Positions 1 through 11,417 of a stretch of DNA of 64,000 nucleotides are shown here, one piece after another. The stretch's first letter is position 1. Each line of letters opens with the position of its first letter. This DNA comes from Alphaproteobacteria bacterium (GTDB lineage: Bacteria > Pseudomonadota > Alphaproteobacteria > UBA8317), in contig JAYPQH010000018.1 of assembly GCA_038131935.1 (NCBI GenBank), positions 173,528 to 237,527 on the forward strand. Reading direction: 5' to 3'. The notes beneath the pieces were generated by a model, which saw only the letters and a list, made by a program, of their open reading frames with translations, was not told the origin of the DNA and did not search any database. Position numbers and translations under genes: made by a program.

Positions 1-2
1 AG

Positions 3-452
3 GCACGTATTGTTGCCCAAGATGAAACAGAACAGGACAAACGTGCCTTGTTAAATTTAGGGCATACGTTTGGTCATGCACTTGAAGCGGTGAACAAATA
101 TGATGGCCGGCTGCTGCATGGCGAAGCGGTCGGTATTGGCATGGTGGCAGCCATGGCGTTTTCAGCAGCCCATGGATGGGCACCTCAAGAAGATGTTGAA
201 AAATTGCGCGCCCATCTTGCGCGCTTAGACATGCGCACGGAAATTGCCCAAGCCGTACCCGCAGACGTCGATGCTGATCAATTGATGGCCGCCATGATGC
301 AAGATAAGAAAAATGAAGATGGCAAATTGGTGCTCATATTGTCAGAGGGCATCGGCAAAGCCTTCGTGCGCAAAGATGTTGATGTGGGACTGGTCCATCA
401 ATTCTGGAGAGAAGCGCTGGCCACTGTTCCGCCTGCCTCAAAGAAGGACTGA
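3..452 (+). CDS. aroB: 3-dehydroquinate synthase (C-terminal part, truncated by window start)
   Basis: [22 protein letters not shown] and DKKN motifs; frame open from base 3. Confidence 0.95.
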   Translation, partial: ARIVAQDETEQDKRALLNLGHTFGHALEAVNKYDGRLLHGEAVGIGMVAAMAFSAAHGWAPQEDVEKLRAHLARLDMRTEIAQAVPADVDADQLMAAMMQDKKNEDGKLVLILSEGIGKAFVRKDVDVGLVHQFWREALATVPPASKKD

Positions 453-456
453 CCCC

Positions 457-1755
457 ATGTTGGCGTTTTTGACAACCCATATCGACATCATCTTTGGTGT
501 GGCCATTTTGCTGCTGTTGTTGGTGTCAGCGATGTTCTCTGGCTCAGAGACAGCCCTGACCGCTGCATCACGTGCAAGGCTGCATCATATGGAGCGTGAG
601 GGAGATAAAGCCGCGCGTTCTGCTCTTGATCTTTTGCGCCAACCTGATCGGCTCATTGGTGCCTTGTTGTTGGGCAACAATCTTGTCAATATTTTGGCAT
701 CCTCGTTGGCCACTTCCTTATTTTTGAAATGGTTTGGCCAAGCTGGCGTTGCGTATGCAACCATCATCATGACGATCATGGTGCTAATCTTTGCTGAAGT
801 GCTACCCAAGACGTATGCCATTACCCATCCCACCGCCACCGCACGACGTATTGTCACCCCCGTCTCTTGGTTGGTGTGGGCCTTAAGCCCCATGGTCGAA
901 ACCGTGCGCAAAATCGTTCATGTCATGTTGCGCAGCCTTGGCGTTCAAGGCCGGGAGCGCTTTCCTGCCCACGAGGAATTGCGTGGGGCCATCAGCATGC
1001 ATCATGCTGAAGGAGGCATGGCACGCGATGATGTGGAGCGTTTAGGGGGTATATTGGACCTGAAAGATCTGGACGTGGCAGAAGTGATGGTTCACCGCCG
1101 AAACCTATTCATGCTGCCCGCCAATTTGGCCCCTGATGAATTGTTGCGTCGGGCGTTACGAGCGCCTTATTCTCGGATCCCCCTATGGGCGGATGAACAT
1201 GAAAACATCATTGGCGTGTTGCATGTAAAAGACCTTTTGCGCGCCGCATTGGACAATGATGACAAGTTAGAGGGGCTGAATGTCCTCAACATTGCCCGAA
1301 AGCCTTGGTTTGTTCCTGACACAACTGAAGTTGTCGAACAGCTTGATAGCTTTTTATCAAGCCGCAATCATTTTGCATTGGTGGTTGATGAATATGGCGC
1401 CTTGCAGGGACTGATTACCTTAGAAGATATCCTCGAAGAGATCGTTGGGGAAATCCATGATGAACATGACATTAAGGTCGCGGGCGTGTTGGATAATCAT
1501 GACGGCAGTTACCTCATTGATGGCACTGTTGCGATCCGTGATGTTAACCGTACCTTTGGATGGAACTTACCTGATGATGATGCCAACACGGTGGCAGGAC
1601 TGGTTATTCATGAAGCTCGGACCATTCCTGAAAAGGGCCAAGTGTTCCATTTTCATGGGATGCGCTTTGAAATCATTGAGCGACAGCGCAACCAAATCCG
1701 CAAACTGATTTTGCGCAAACCGCGCAAACTCAATACGGAAAACCCCCAAAAGTAA
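457..1755 (+). CDS. HlyC/CorC (CNNM) family transporter with CBS pair and CorC_HlyC domain
   Basis: FSGSETA, LLGNNLVN, FAEVLPK, YSRIP, VVDEYG and TLEDILEEIVGEI motifs; ATG at 457 just after the aroB stop. Confidence 0.92.
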   Translation: MLAFLTTHIDIIFGVAILLLLLVSAMFSGSETALTAASRARLHHMEREGDKAARSALDLLRQPDRLIGALLLGNNLVNILASSLATSLFLKWFGQAGVAYATIIMTIMVLIFAEVLPKTYAITHPTATARRIVTPVSWLVWALSPMVETVRKIVHVMLRSLGVQGRERFPAHEELRGAISMHHAEGGMARDDVERLGGILDLKDLDVAEVMVHRRNLFMLPANLAPDELLRRALRAPYSRIPLWADEHENIIGVLHVKDLLRAALDNDDKLEGLNVLNIARKPWFVPDTTEVVEQLDSFLSSRNHFALVVDEYGALQGLITLEDILEEIVGEIHDEHDIKVAGVLDNHDGSYLIDGTVAIRDVNRTFGWNLPDDDANTVAGLVIHEARTIPEKGQVFHFHGMRFEIIERQRNQIRKLILRKPRKLNTENPQK

Positions 1756-1782
1756 GAACATATGCAGGGGGTAAAAAGCCCT

Positions 1783-2040
1783 TTAGAAGCTTAATTTCAT
1801 GGAAAGTGCATGGATATGGGGCAGCTCTTGGGTCAAGATTTGATGGACATGACGCTCCCGTCCCAATCTATTCATCGCCATGAATCCCTCCCAATGAATG
1901 ACCAAATGGAAGTGGCTTTCTCCTGAACCATCATGACCTGCGTGACCGGCATGCAGATGTGATTGGTTCTCCACGTGACATCTCGCCTCGGGCATGGCCG
2001 CCAAAAGTTTTTCTTCGATGGCTTTTTGTATCTGGCCCAT
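1783..2040 (-). CDS. bolA: BolA family protein
   Basis: NQSHLHAGH...GESHF...IHALS motifs; ATG at 2040 preferred. Confidence 0.88.
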   Translation of the reverse strand: MGQIQKAIEEKLLAAMPEARCHVENQSHLHAGHAGHDGSGESHFHLVIHWEGFMAMNRLGRERHVHQILTQELPHIHALSMKLSF

Positions 2041-2182
2041 GACAACATTCTCCAATCTGCTATAATCAACAATTCATAAACCATTCTTGTGTCCGGGAGG
2101 CAACCTAAAGGTTTGCATGACGTCATGAGAATGCGCATGAACGCCCAACAAGATCGCCAACCCCTACGTTGAAGGAAGTTAT

Positions 2183-2770
2183 GTGATGGACAAACGCCCC
2201 CCAAACGGTGCCGAACAGGATACCGATCCTTGGGATATCTCTATCACGGGCTCAAGACGAAACACGCGTTCGCGTGGTTGTGATTGGGAAGGCTGTGAGC
2301 AAGAGGGGCTTTATCCTGCACCAAAATCACCTCAAGCTTTGAGAGAATATGTGTATTTTTGCAAACCACATATTCAAGAATACAATAAGGGATGGAATTT
2401 CTTCGCAGATATGAGCGTGGAGCAATGTGAGCAATACCGCCATAGCGATGCGACCTGGCACCGACCCACTTGGCGTTTGGGGGAAAGCCCGATCAATGTT
2501 GATCGTGAAGATATGGGCATGCGGGATATCCATGAATTGTTCGCACAACGCCGTGAGGCGCAAAAAAAACCAACCGCCCCACCTCATCTACGTCGGGCAT
2601 TGGAGGTGATGGATTTGCCTTGGCCGGTGACGTTTGAACAAGTCCGTGCCAAACGCAATGCCCTGGTCAAAGAACATCACCCTGATCGCCATCAAGGTGA
2701 TCCCAGCAAGCAAGAACATCTGAAAGCTATTCTCGCCGCATATGACCAATTACGCCAAGAATTGTCCTAA
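2183..2770 (+). CDS. J-domain (DnaJ-like) protein with N-terminal Cys-rich region
   Basis: CDWEGC..G.YPAPKSP..FC..H..EYN..WNFF N-terminus; C-terminal J domain with HHPD. Confidence 0.88.
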   Translation: MMDKRPPNGAEQDTDPWDISITGSRRNTRSRGCDWEGCEQEGLYPAPKSPQALREYVYFCKPHIQEYNKGWNFFADMSVEQCEQYRHSDATWHRPTWRLGESPINVDREDMGMRDIHELFAQRREAQKKPTAPPHLRRALEVMDLPWPVTFEQVRAKRNALVKEHHPDRHQGDPSKQEHLKAILAAYDQLRQELS

Positions 2771-2887
2771 ACCTTTCCCTTGGCCAAAGATGACTTAACT
2801 AACGTCATGAATTTTTTTAGGAGACCCTTGTTATGATCGAAACCTTTGCCATCATCTTCATTTGCCTGTTTGTCATGTTTGCATTGA

Positions 2888-3262
2888 ATGGGTTCCGTTT
2901 CTAATCCATGTCCCACCCCTAAGCCGAAGGCCTTCATAGATGGCGGTTGTCCAATTTGCTCAGCTGAAGTGGCCTTTTTACAAAAAAAAGGCGCCAATAT
3001 TGAGTTTGTGGACCTGACAGATCCCTCTTGTGATCTTCATGAGGACGTCAAACAAACCAGGCTCAGCATGATGCATGTGCAAGATATAGATGGGCGTATG
3101 TACCAAGGTGCTCAGGCCTTTTCACTGATGTACCAACATACACCAGGATTTTTTTTGCTTGGACGCTTGCTTGGACTACCCATTATTCGGCATGGTGCGG
3201 ATATCTTTTACCGGTGGTTCCTATGGGTACGGCCATTGTGGCGCCCAAAGAACCGCCCCTAA
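2888..3262 (+). CDS. DCC1/DUF393 family thiol-disulfide oxidoreductase
   Basis: IDGGCPICSAEV (DxxCxxC) motif. Confidence 0.8.
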   Translation: MGSVSNPCPTPKPKAFIDGGCPICSAEVAFLQKKGANIEFVDLTDPSCDLHEDVKQTRLSMMHVQDIDGRMYQGAQAFSLMYQHTPGFFLLGRLLGLPIIRHGADIFYRWFLWVRPLWRPKNRP

Positions 3263-3329
3263 ACCAGGTTTTGAAGGCTCTTGCATGCCGCAAGATGTCT
3301 TTTAGTACCCTTTTGATTCTGGAGGAACC

Positions 3330-4298
3330 ATGAGCGAACGATCCTTACATGTGAACGAGCCCGACACCGACGTATCTGTGCGAGAGGTTTTTGGCATCGA
3401 CAGTGACATGCGCGTACCTGCCTTTAGTGAACGTGATGACCATGTTCCTGACATGGACCCAGATTATATATTTGATCGGGAAACGACCTTGGCCATTTTG
3501 GCAGGCTTTTGTCACAACAGACGCGTGATGGTGCAGGGCTATCACGGCACGGGTAAATCCACCCATATTGAACAGGTAGCCTCACGGTTGAACTGGCCCT
3601 GTATCCGGATCAATCTCGACAGCCATATCAGCCGTATTGATTTGGTGGGTAAGGATGCGATTGTCCTGCGCGAAGGCAAGCAAGTCACGGAGTTCAGGGA
3701 GGGCATCTTGCCATGGGCGTTACAGAACCCCGTGGCCTTGGTATTTGACGAATATGATGCAGGTCGACCTGATGTTATGTTTGTTATTCAACGGGTGTTG
3801 GAGGTTGAAGGCAAACTAACCTTGCTTGACCAATCACGTGTCATCAAGCCGCACAATTGTTTCCGTTTGTTCGCCACAGCGAACACCATTGGCCTGGGTG
3901 ATACAACAGGTCTTTACCATGGCACCCAGCAAATCAACCAGGGCCAAATGGACCGCTGGAATGTTGTTACCACCTTAAACTACCTCCCCCAAGCGCAGGA
4001 AGTGGCCATTATCCAAGCCAAATGCCCAAGCCTATCACATGACGACGCTCAAGCCATGGTACGGTTGGCAGATTTGACCCGCAAAGCCTTCATCAATGGT
4101 GACCTGTCAACCGTCATGAGTCCGCGCACCGTGATTACATGGGCAGACAATTGGCAGATCTTCCAAGACCGCGCATTTGCATTCCGGGTTTCTTTTTTGA
4201 ACAAATCAGATGAATTGGAGCGGCCTGTATTGGCGGAATTCTACCAACGCTGTTTTGGAGAAGACCTCCCTGAATCCACCATGAATTCCCTAAGCTAA
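3330..4298 (+). CDS. cobS: cobaltochelatase subunit CobS (AAA+ ATPase)
   Basis: [26 protein letters not shown] and [10 protein letters not shown] motifs. Confidence 0.96.
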   Translation: MSERSLHVNEPDTDVSVREVFGIDSDMRVPAFSERDDHVPDMDPDYIFDRETTLAILAGFCHNRRVMVQGYHGTGKSTHIEQVASRLNWPCIRINLDSHISRIDLVGKDAIVLREGKQVTEFREGILPWALQNPVALVFDEYDAGRPDVMFVIQRVLEVEGKLTLLDQSRVIKPHNCFRLFATANTIGLGDTTGLYHGTQQINQGQMDRWNVVTTLNYLPQAQEVAIIQAKCPSLSHDDAQAMVRLADLTRKAFINGDLSTVMSPRTVITWADNWQIFQDRAFAFRVSFLNKSDELERPVLAEFYQRCFGEDLPESTMNSLS

Positions 4299-4313
4299 AA
4301 AGAGGTCGGTATC

Positions 4314-6118
4314 GTGGCCACGCCAAAGCCCTCACGACGACGCGAAGCCCTCACCACCACCACCCAAGTTCTTGCTGGGGTGGAGGTTGAGGTTCGTTTT
4401 ACCCGAGACCGAGCTCGCGAACATGGAACAACGATCCATGTGCCTGATCCTGATGTTACCGAAAACCCCACAGAACGCACCCATATTCGGGGGAGGTTAG
4501 ATTCCTTTGCCCTCCGGCAACGCTATCATGACGAAGCCACCCACCAAGCCCGTGCACCGCGGCATCCTGATGCGCGCAAATTGTTCAATGCCCTCGAGCG
4601 GGCAAGGGTAGAAGCAGCTGGTGGGTTGGATTATCCCGGCGCTGGCCAAAATCTAGATGCGTTGATTGTGCAACGCTGTAAGGAAAATCTCTACGAACAA
4701 GCCATCACCCATGACGATGCACCCCTGACAGACGCCTTAGCGCTGTTGATCAAGCAAGCGGCAACCGGACAAAAACCACCCGAAGAGGCTGCCGCTATCA
4801 TTGGTGCGTGGGAACCTATATTTCAGAAGATTGGTCCTGGCGGCATCAAAGCTTTTGCCGATGCTGTATCCAGTCAAGAAGCCTTTGCTGATCTTTCCCT
4901 AGAACTTCTCGATGCCATGGATATGCTCGATGGACAGGATCCAGGCCAAGATGGTGACACGGCTGCAGAGGACAATCCCCAAGGACAAGATCAAGCCCTG
5001 ACGATAGCCCTCAAGAAGATGATGGTGGTGAACCACCCACAGGAGAAGGGTCTGATGAGATCTCTGGGGAGACCCTTGAAGGTATGCCAGCCCCATCCGA
5101 TCTCCCTGAAGAATCAAATGAAGATCTTGAAGATGGTGACAAGGTAGAAATGCCAGCCCCCGCCAACATCTCATTGGGTTCTGTGGATGATGACCCTGAT
5201 TATCAGATATTCACGAAAGAACATGACGAAATCGTTGAGGCACATGAGCTTTGCCCCGAAGAAGAACTTGACCGCTTGCGGGCATATCTTGACCAACAGC
5301 TCTTTGCCCATAAAGGTGCTGTGGCACGGATTGCCAATCGCTTGCAGCGAAGATTGATGGCCCAGCAGAGCCGCGGCTGGAACTTTGACCTCGATGAGGG
5401 TTTGCTGGATACCGCAAGGCTTACAAGGGTTGTGGTGGATCCCACCTCAGCCTTATCCTTCAAACAAGAAGAGGAAGCTCCTTTTCGTGATACGGTTGTG
5501 ACCTTGTTGATAGACAATTCAGGCTCCATGAGGGGGAGACCGATTTCTGTTGCCGCTATGTCTGGCGATATTTTGGCACGGACCCTAGAGCGATGTGGGG
5601 TCAAAGTTGAGATCCTTGGTTTTACCACCAAGGCGTGGAAGGGTGGACGCTCTCGAGAAGCTTGGGTCAATGCGGGCAGACCGGAATATCCTGGCCGTTT
5701 GAATGACCTTCGCCATGTGATTTACAAATCCGCCGATCAACCATGGCGGCGGACAAAACGCAATTTGGGCCTGATGTTGCGCGAAGGATTGCTGAAAGAA
5801 AATATTGATGGAGAAGCCTTGCTTTGGGCACATCAAAGGTTGGTGGCCCGGCATGAACAACGACGTGTGTTGATGGTTATCTCTGATGGGGCACCGGTGG
5901 ATGATGCCACCTTATCCATCAACCCTGGCAATTATTTGGAACGGCATTTGCGGCGGGTGATCAAAGCCATCGAAGAAACCTCACCTGTTGAACTTATCGC
6001 CATCGGCATCGGGCATGATGTGACACGCTATTACAACCGCGCGGTGACGATCACCGATGTGGCAGAATTGGGTGGCGCCATGGTTGACCAATTGGCTGAT
6101 CTCTTTGAGGAACATTGA
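4314..6118 (+). CDS. cobT: cobaltochelatase subunit CobT (VWA domain), split by a 1-nt indel near 4993
   Basis: N-terminal half in ORF 4314..5147, C-terminal half in ORF 5084..6118 ([20 protein letters not shown]); adding one A at CAA^GCC restores the acidic linker. Confidence 0.92.
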
Positions 6119-6859
6119 TCAGTCTTGGATGGTCTTTTGTGACACAGGGTTGAGAACAGGTTTTGCCAACATATCACGCAAGGTTCGGGCGCGTTGACGC
6201 CGGGGCTTTGCAAAAACCTGTTTGCGCAAATGCAGAAGATGAACCCCACCCAAACGCGCCCCAAGCTTGATGCCCAACCGTTCGATCCCTGGCATCAACG
6301 TGACTGCCCAACCAGCCCTGATTGGCGGCATCAAAAGCGCATAATCATGAGAAAGAACGGTAAATCCAATTTTTCCTGTTAATTGCTCCAATTGGCCGTG
6401 GGAATAGGGCCTGCCATGTCCAAAAGGTGTGATGTCCCTGCGGGCCCAAATCGACAAGCGGTTAGGGACCATGATCATCAGCTCCCCCTGACCGGTTAAG
6501 CATTCCCAAAGCTGTTGGATGAGCGCCATGGGGTCATAGGCATGTTCAAGGGCGTGGGCGACCAATATACGCTCAAAACTTGCCGCACCAAACGGTAGCG
6601 CATCTTCATGCAAAAGAACGGTACGCCCATACCCTTGAGAAGGCCACCGCAACACACCTTGTGCAGCTGGCATGCCTGCCAGCACCACCGAGGTGGGGTG
6701 ATAGGGCCAAAGGTAGGGGGTTGCAAAGCCAAGCCCCAACATGGGTCGGTTTTCTGTGGGATCCCAGCGTTGGGCCAAGCTCTTGCGTAGCAAATGGCAA
6801 CTCATACGCCCTAGGGGTGTTTTGTAAAATCGGGCCAACTCGAGTATATCAGGTTGCAT
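6119..6859 (-). CDS. class I SAM-dependent methyltransferase-like protein
   Basis: MQPDILELARFY.TPLG, LGLGFATPYL and PFGHGRPYS motifs; divergent from gloB as is usual in alphaproteobacteria. Confidence 0.85.
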   Translation of the reverse strand: MQPDILELARFYKTPLGRMSCHLLRKSLAQRWDPTENRPMLGLGFATPYLWPYHPTSVVLAGMPAAQGVLRWPSQGYGRTVLLHEDALPFGAASFERILVAHALEHAYDPMALIQQLWECLTGQGELMIMVPNRLSIWARRDITPFGHGRPYSHGQLEQLTGKIGFTVLSHDYALLMPPIRAGWAVTLMPGIERLGIKLGARLGGVHLLHLRKQVFAKPRRQRARTLRDMLAKPVLNPVSQKTIQD

Positions 6860-6932
6860 CAAAAAACCTTCTGGACTTGGGTGAGCATTCTGCTTCATTT
6901 TAGCGTCCAACGCAGCGTAAGGATAGACAGCC

Positions 6933-7691
6933 ATGACCCATATCGAACTTCTTCCCGCCCTGGATGATAATTATATTTTTTTGATTCACAACAACCAGCA
7001 TGCCGTGGTGGTTGATCCAGCTGATCCCAGGGTGGTGCTGACAGCCTTACAAGAACGCAACCTGGAGCTGGTGGCAATTTTAAACACCCACCATCATGCT
7101 GACCATGTTGGTGGCAACAAAATCCTCAAATCGCAAACAGGATGCACCATCCATGGATGGGCCATGGACAATGAACGCATTCCAGGGATCGACATCCAAC
7201 ATCAAGAAGGTGACCAATTTGTTCTCTTGGATGAGGAATTTCATCTGTTGGCTGTGCCGGGGCACACCACAGGTCATTGCGCCTATCATGCGCCAGGACT
7301 TGAGGCTGCATTTGTAGGAGATACCTTGTTCGCCCTTGGCTGTGGTCGCATGTTTGAGGGTACCCCACCGATGTTTTGGGGGTCTTTAAAAAAGCTGCGT
7401 GCACTACCTCCAAAAACCAAAATTTATTGCGCCCATGAATATACCCTTGCCAATGCAAAATTTGCCTGCGCCATGGACCCACAAAACAAAACCCTTCTTA
7501 ACCGCGTTGAAGACCTTAAGGCACAGCGTGCACGTCAAGAACCCACCATTCCTGTTCAGCTGGCTGACGAAATCGCCACCAATCCCTTTTTAAGGGCTGA
7601 CCAAGAAGACCTCGTACAACAATTGGGGATGCAAGGCTCAGCGGCAGAAGATGTTTTTGCCCATCTGCGACAAGCCAAAGATCATTTTTGA
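6933..7691 (+). CDS. gloB: hydroxyacylglutathione hydrolase (glyoxalase II)
   Basis: THHHADHVGG, PGHT.GH, GDTLF..GCGR and CAHEYT motifs. Confidence 0.95.
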   Translation: MTHIELLPALDDNYIFLIHNNQHAVVVDPADPRVVLTALQERNLELVAILNTHHHADHVGGNKILKSQTGCTIHGWAMDNERIPGIDIQHQEGDQFVLLDEEFHLLAVPGHTTGHCAYHAPGLEAAFVGDTLFALGCGRMFEGTPPMFWGSLKKLRALPPKTKIYCAHEYTLANAKFACAMDPQNKTLLNRVEDLKAQRARQEPTIPVQLADEIATNPFLRADQEDLVQQLGMQGSAAEDVFAHLRQAKDHF

Positions 7692-8233
7692 TCTCGATAA
7701 AAGCGCGCCAAATCTTGTAAGTAATGTAAAACCTCAGGGGCATCCCAATGAGCGGGGCCATAATAACGGCCCACCTCTTGCCCATCAAAAATAAGCAATG
7801 TGGCAGGCAACCCCCTGAGCCCCAACAACCGAGCGGTTTCCCCGCGTGGGTCTGCGTACAACAAAGGCGTGGTGATAGCGATTTCATCATAAAAGGCTTT
7901 CGCCTTGGCATAACCACCTCGATCGGTTGAAACCGTTACCACATCCAAGTGGGGACCCGAGGCATCAGCCAAACGTGACAATGCAGGCATTTCCTCACGA
8001 CATGGGGGACACCAGCTGGCCCAATAATTTACCAGCAACAATGTCTTTGAAAGACGGGAAAGATCATGCATTTGTCCTTTTTGATCCTCCACTTCAAGCG
8101 GCTCTAGTTGTATGGGCTTGGGGTGGAACAAAAGTTTCGGCAAAGCTTCTGGAATGGTTGGGCGGTCAGCCATGAGCGTTAAAGGGCTGGCCAGCGCTAT
8201 CAGAACTGTCATAAGGACCAAGGGAAACCGCAT
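7682..8233 (-). CDS. tlpA: TlpA-family thiol:disulfide reductase
   Basis: N-terminal hydrophobic segment; NYWASWCPPCREEMP; divergent from argH. Confidence 0.85.
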   Translation of the reverse strand: MRFPLVLMTVLIALASPLTLMADRPTIPEALPKLLFHPKPIQLEPLEVEDQKGQMHDLSRLSKTLLLVNYWASWCPPCREEMPALSRLADASGPHLDVVTVSTDRGGYAKAKAFYDEIAITTPLLYADPRGETARLLGLRGLPATLLIFDGQEVGRYYGPAHWDAPEVLHYLQDLARFYRDQK

Positions 8234-8302
8234 GGTGGGACTCCTTTTTGGGTTTAACCATGTTAATCAATGGATGACATAGCGTGCATATTGAGGACGA
8301 AC

Positions 8303-9715
8303 ATGGTGCAGGTAGACGCAACAGACAACGAACACAACACCTCTCGGATATGGGGGGGGCGTTTTGCTGCCGGCCCTGACGCCGTCCTTGAAGCCATCAA
8401 TGCGTCCATTGATTTTGATCAACGCCTTTGGCCACAAGATATCAGGGGCTCCATTGCCCATGCCTCAATGCTCGCAAGGGCTGGTATTTTGAATGAAGAG
8501 GACCTTCGGGCCATCATTGGTGGGCTTGAAGCCATCGCACAGGATCTGTCAAAGGGCGAATTTGCCTTCTCACGCGCGTTGGAAGATATCCATATGAATA
8601 TTGAGGCACGGCTTGCCCAAGATATCGGGGAGGCCGCTGGACGCCTGCATACCGCGCGCTCCCGCAACGATCAGGTTGCAACAGACCTCCGGTTATGGGT
8701 CCGTGATCGCATTGATGAGCAAACGGCACTGCTTACCCATATGATGGGCTTACTTTTAATCCGCGCAGAAGAGCATGTAGATACAGTGATGCCAGGTTTT
8801 ACCCATCTGCAAACGGCCATGCCCGTGACCTTTGGTCATCATCTTTTGGCTTACCTTGAAATGTTTTCACGAGATCGCGCCCGCATGCGCGATGCCCGGG
8901 ACCGTTTGAATGAATGCCCACTGGGTGCAGCAGCCCTTGCTGGAACCTCTTTCCCCATTGACCGAGACTACACCGCAGAATTGCTTGGCTTTGATGCCCC
9001 CATGCGCAATTCCTTAGATGCGGTATCAGACCGAGACTTTGCGTTGGAATATATTTCCGCAGCAAGCATTACGGGGATACATTGCTCACGTCTGGCCGAG
9101 GAAATGGTCTTATGGTCATCCTCAGGCTTTGATTTTATTCGTCTGTCGGATCACTTCACGACAGGATCCAGCATCATGCCGCAAAAGAAAAACCCAGATG
9201 CGGCAGAATTGGTCCGTGCCAAGTTGGGCCGCATCGCAGGACATTTCCAAGGATTGATGATGGTGATGAAGGGCCTGCCGCTTGCCTATTCAAAAGACAT
9301 GCAAGAAGACAAGGAAGCGGTGTTTGATGCCGCCGATAGCTTGGAGCTGATGCTGCGGGCCATGGCGGGCATGATTGGTGACATGCAAGCCAACCCCGAT
9401 GCCATGGCACGCGCAGCCGCCCATGGGCATTCCACCGCCACAGAGTTGGCAGATTGGCTGGTACGGGATTTGGGACTTCCCTTCCGTGAAGCGCATCATG
9501 TTACAGGATCACTTGTGAAGATGGCAGATGAACAGCAATGCCAGCTTGCAGATTTGACCCTTGCTGACATGCAGCGCATCCACCCCAATATTCATGCCAA
9601 GGTTTATGATGTTCTGCCTGTTCAAGAGGCGATCAAAGCCAGAAATTCCTATGGCGGCACCGCCCCGGAGCGCGTCTTAGAGATGATCCAATGGTGGAAA
9701 GAAGAATTGGCATGA
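8303..9715 (+). CDS. argH: argininosuccinate lyase
   Basis: [15 protein letters not shown] and [12 protein letters not shown] motifs; GAGGA upstream of ATG 8303. Confidence 0.97.
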   Translation: MVQVDATDNEHNTSRIWGGRFAAGPDAVLEAINASIDFDQRLWPQDIRGSIAHASMLARAGILNEEDLRAIIGGLEAIAQDLSKGEFAFSRALEDIHMNIEARLAQDIGEAAGRLHTARSRNDQVATDLRLWVRDRIDEQTALLTHMMGLLLIRAEEHVDTVMPGFTHLQTAMPVTFGHHLLAYLEMFSRDRARMRDARDRLNECPLGAAALAGTSFPIDRDYTAELLGFDAPMRNSLDAVSDRDFALEYISAASITGIHCSRLAEEMVLWSSSGFDFIRLSDHFTTGSSIMPQKKNPDAAELVRAKLGRIAGHFQGLMMVMKGLPLAYSKDMQEDKEAVFDAADSLELMLRAMAGMIGDMQANPDAMARAAAHGHSTATELADWLVRDLGLPFREAHHVTGSLVKMADEQQCQLADLTLADMQRIHPNIHAKVYDVLPVQEAIKARNSYGGTAPERVLEMIQWWKEELA

Positions 9716-9843
9716 CCAAGATAACAAGACGCATGGTGATGGTTGGTTTTTTTGCAAGCATCCTCACAAGCTGTGGGCGTAAAGGACCGAATATTCCGCC
9801 TTCTGATCAACCAGCAGCGCAACAAACACAAAAGGCAAAATGA
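9712..9843 (+). CDS. small lipoprotein, LptM/YifL (LppL)-like, 43 aa
   Basis: Hand-translated [30 protein letters not shown]...; lipobox followed by CG.KGP; ATGA overlaps with both the argH stop and the lysA start. Confidence 0.82.
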   Translation: MTKITRRMVMVGFFASILTSCGRKGPNIPPSDQPAAQQTQKAK

Positions 9844-11135
9844 TGGATCATTTTACGTATCGTGAGGGCATCTTGCATGCCGAAGACATCCCCTTGCCCG
9901 CCTTGGCAGCCCAGGTAGGCACCCCTTTTTACGTTTATGCCCAATCTACCCTCACCCACCATTACCATGTCTTTGTGGATGCCTTTGCCCGTCATGACAT
10001 TCATAATATTTTGGTGGCCTATGCGGTCAAAGCCAACAGCAATATCGCGGTGCTCAAATGCTTGGCCCAATCTGGCGCTGGCGCTGATGTGGTGTCGGCG
10101 GGAGAATTGGCCAGGGCGCTACATGCTGGCATCCCAGCAAAGCGCATCGTGTTCTCAGGTGTTGGAAAGACCTCTGATGAATTGGCTTTTGCCCTACGCC
10201 AGGGCATTGGGATGATCAATGTAGAATCAATCCCAGAATTGCATCTGCTGAACCAGGTTGCCCAAGATTGCCAGATGACAGCACCTGTTTCGATCCGCAT
10301 CAATCCAGATGTGGATGCTCAGACCCATGCCAAGATCGCCACAGGAAAAAAAGAGACCAAATTCGGCATCAATATCGATCAAGCCCCTGCTGTTTTTGCC
10401 TTGGGTCAATCCCTCCCCCATCTGGCCATGATCGGGGTGGACATGCATATCGGCTCCCAATTAACCCAGCTGGAGCCCTTTGCCACCGCCACAGATCTTT
10501 TGTTGGATATGGTTCGTCATTTGCGCAACCAAGGCCATGCGATCAGCCACATAGATCTTGGAGGAGGTTTGGGGATTTCTTACGACCAAGATCAGGCCCC
10601 ACCACCCTCTCCTGATGCCTATGCTGCGGTCCTTGCGCCCAAAATCAAAGGGATTGATGCCACCATTGCGTTTGAACCAGGACGGTTGATTGCTGGCAAT
10701 GCAGGGCTTTTGGTCAGCCAGGTGATTTATGAAAAACCCACCGCCGCTAAAAACTTTTTGATTATTGATGCGGCCATGAATGATCTTATGCGCCCAGCTC
10801 TTTATGATGCACATCATGAGATCCAGCCTGTATGTGCCCAAGATGCAGATCATCTGGTGGATGTGGTTGGTCCTGTCTGTGAAACAGGAGACATTTTTGC
10901 CAAGCAGATCATGCTCCCCCATCTCAAAGAAGGTGATTTGGTCGCCCTCAGATCTGCAGGTGCGTATGGTGCCGTGATGGCAAGTGAATACAACACCCGT
11001 CCCCTCATACCCGAAGTGATGGTCTATCAAGATCGTTGGGCTTTGATCCGCCGCCGCCCAACGTTTGAAGAAATGATCGAGCGGGAATCATTTGCCCCCT
11101 GGCAAACGACGCCTTCAAAAACATCTAACCCTTAA
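9840..11135 (+). CDS. lysA: diaminopimelate decarboxylase
   Basis: YAVKAN, HIGSQ, EPGR and GPVCETGD motifs. Confidence 0.97.
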   Translation: MMDHFTYREGILHAEDIPLPALAAQVGTPFYVYAQSTLTHHYHVFVDAFARHDIHNILVAYAVKANSNIAVLKCLAQSGAGADVVSAGELARALHAGIPAKRIVFSGVGKTSDELAFALRQGIGMINVESIPELHLLNQVAQDCQMTAPVSIRINPDVDAQTHAKIATGKKETKFGINIDQAPAVFALGQSLPHLAMIGVDMHIGSQLTQLEPFATATDLLLDMVRHLRNQGHAISHIDLGGGLGISYDQDQAPPPSPDAYAAVLAPKIKGIDATIAFEPGRLIAGNAGLLVSQVIYEKPTAAKNFLIIDAAMNDLMRPALYDAHHEIQPVCAQDADHLVDVVGPVCETGDIFAKQIMLPHLKEGDLVALRSAGAYGAVMASEYNTRPLIPEVMVYQDRWALIRRRPTFEEMIERESFAPWQTTPSKTSNP

Positions 11136-11417
11136 CGCCACCATGTGGATTTGAAAGAAAAGAGACAGACAAGCCAGCCTACAACAGAAATGAGCCTTGA
11201 GGGATGAACGTTTCTTCCTTTTGTCTCACACCAGCTTGGTGATCAAAAAAAAATCGCCCCTGGAGTTCTGTTCCCAAATGCGACGCATGGCCAAAAACAG
11301 CGATAGGATCCGTTGAGAAAAGATTGTATTTGTCAAAGAGATTGTTCTTTGCCCTTGTGTCTCATGTGAAGAAGGTTACATTACCCCCAACATATTGACC
11401 AATCAGAGGAACCCATC

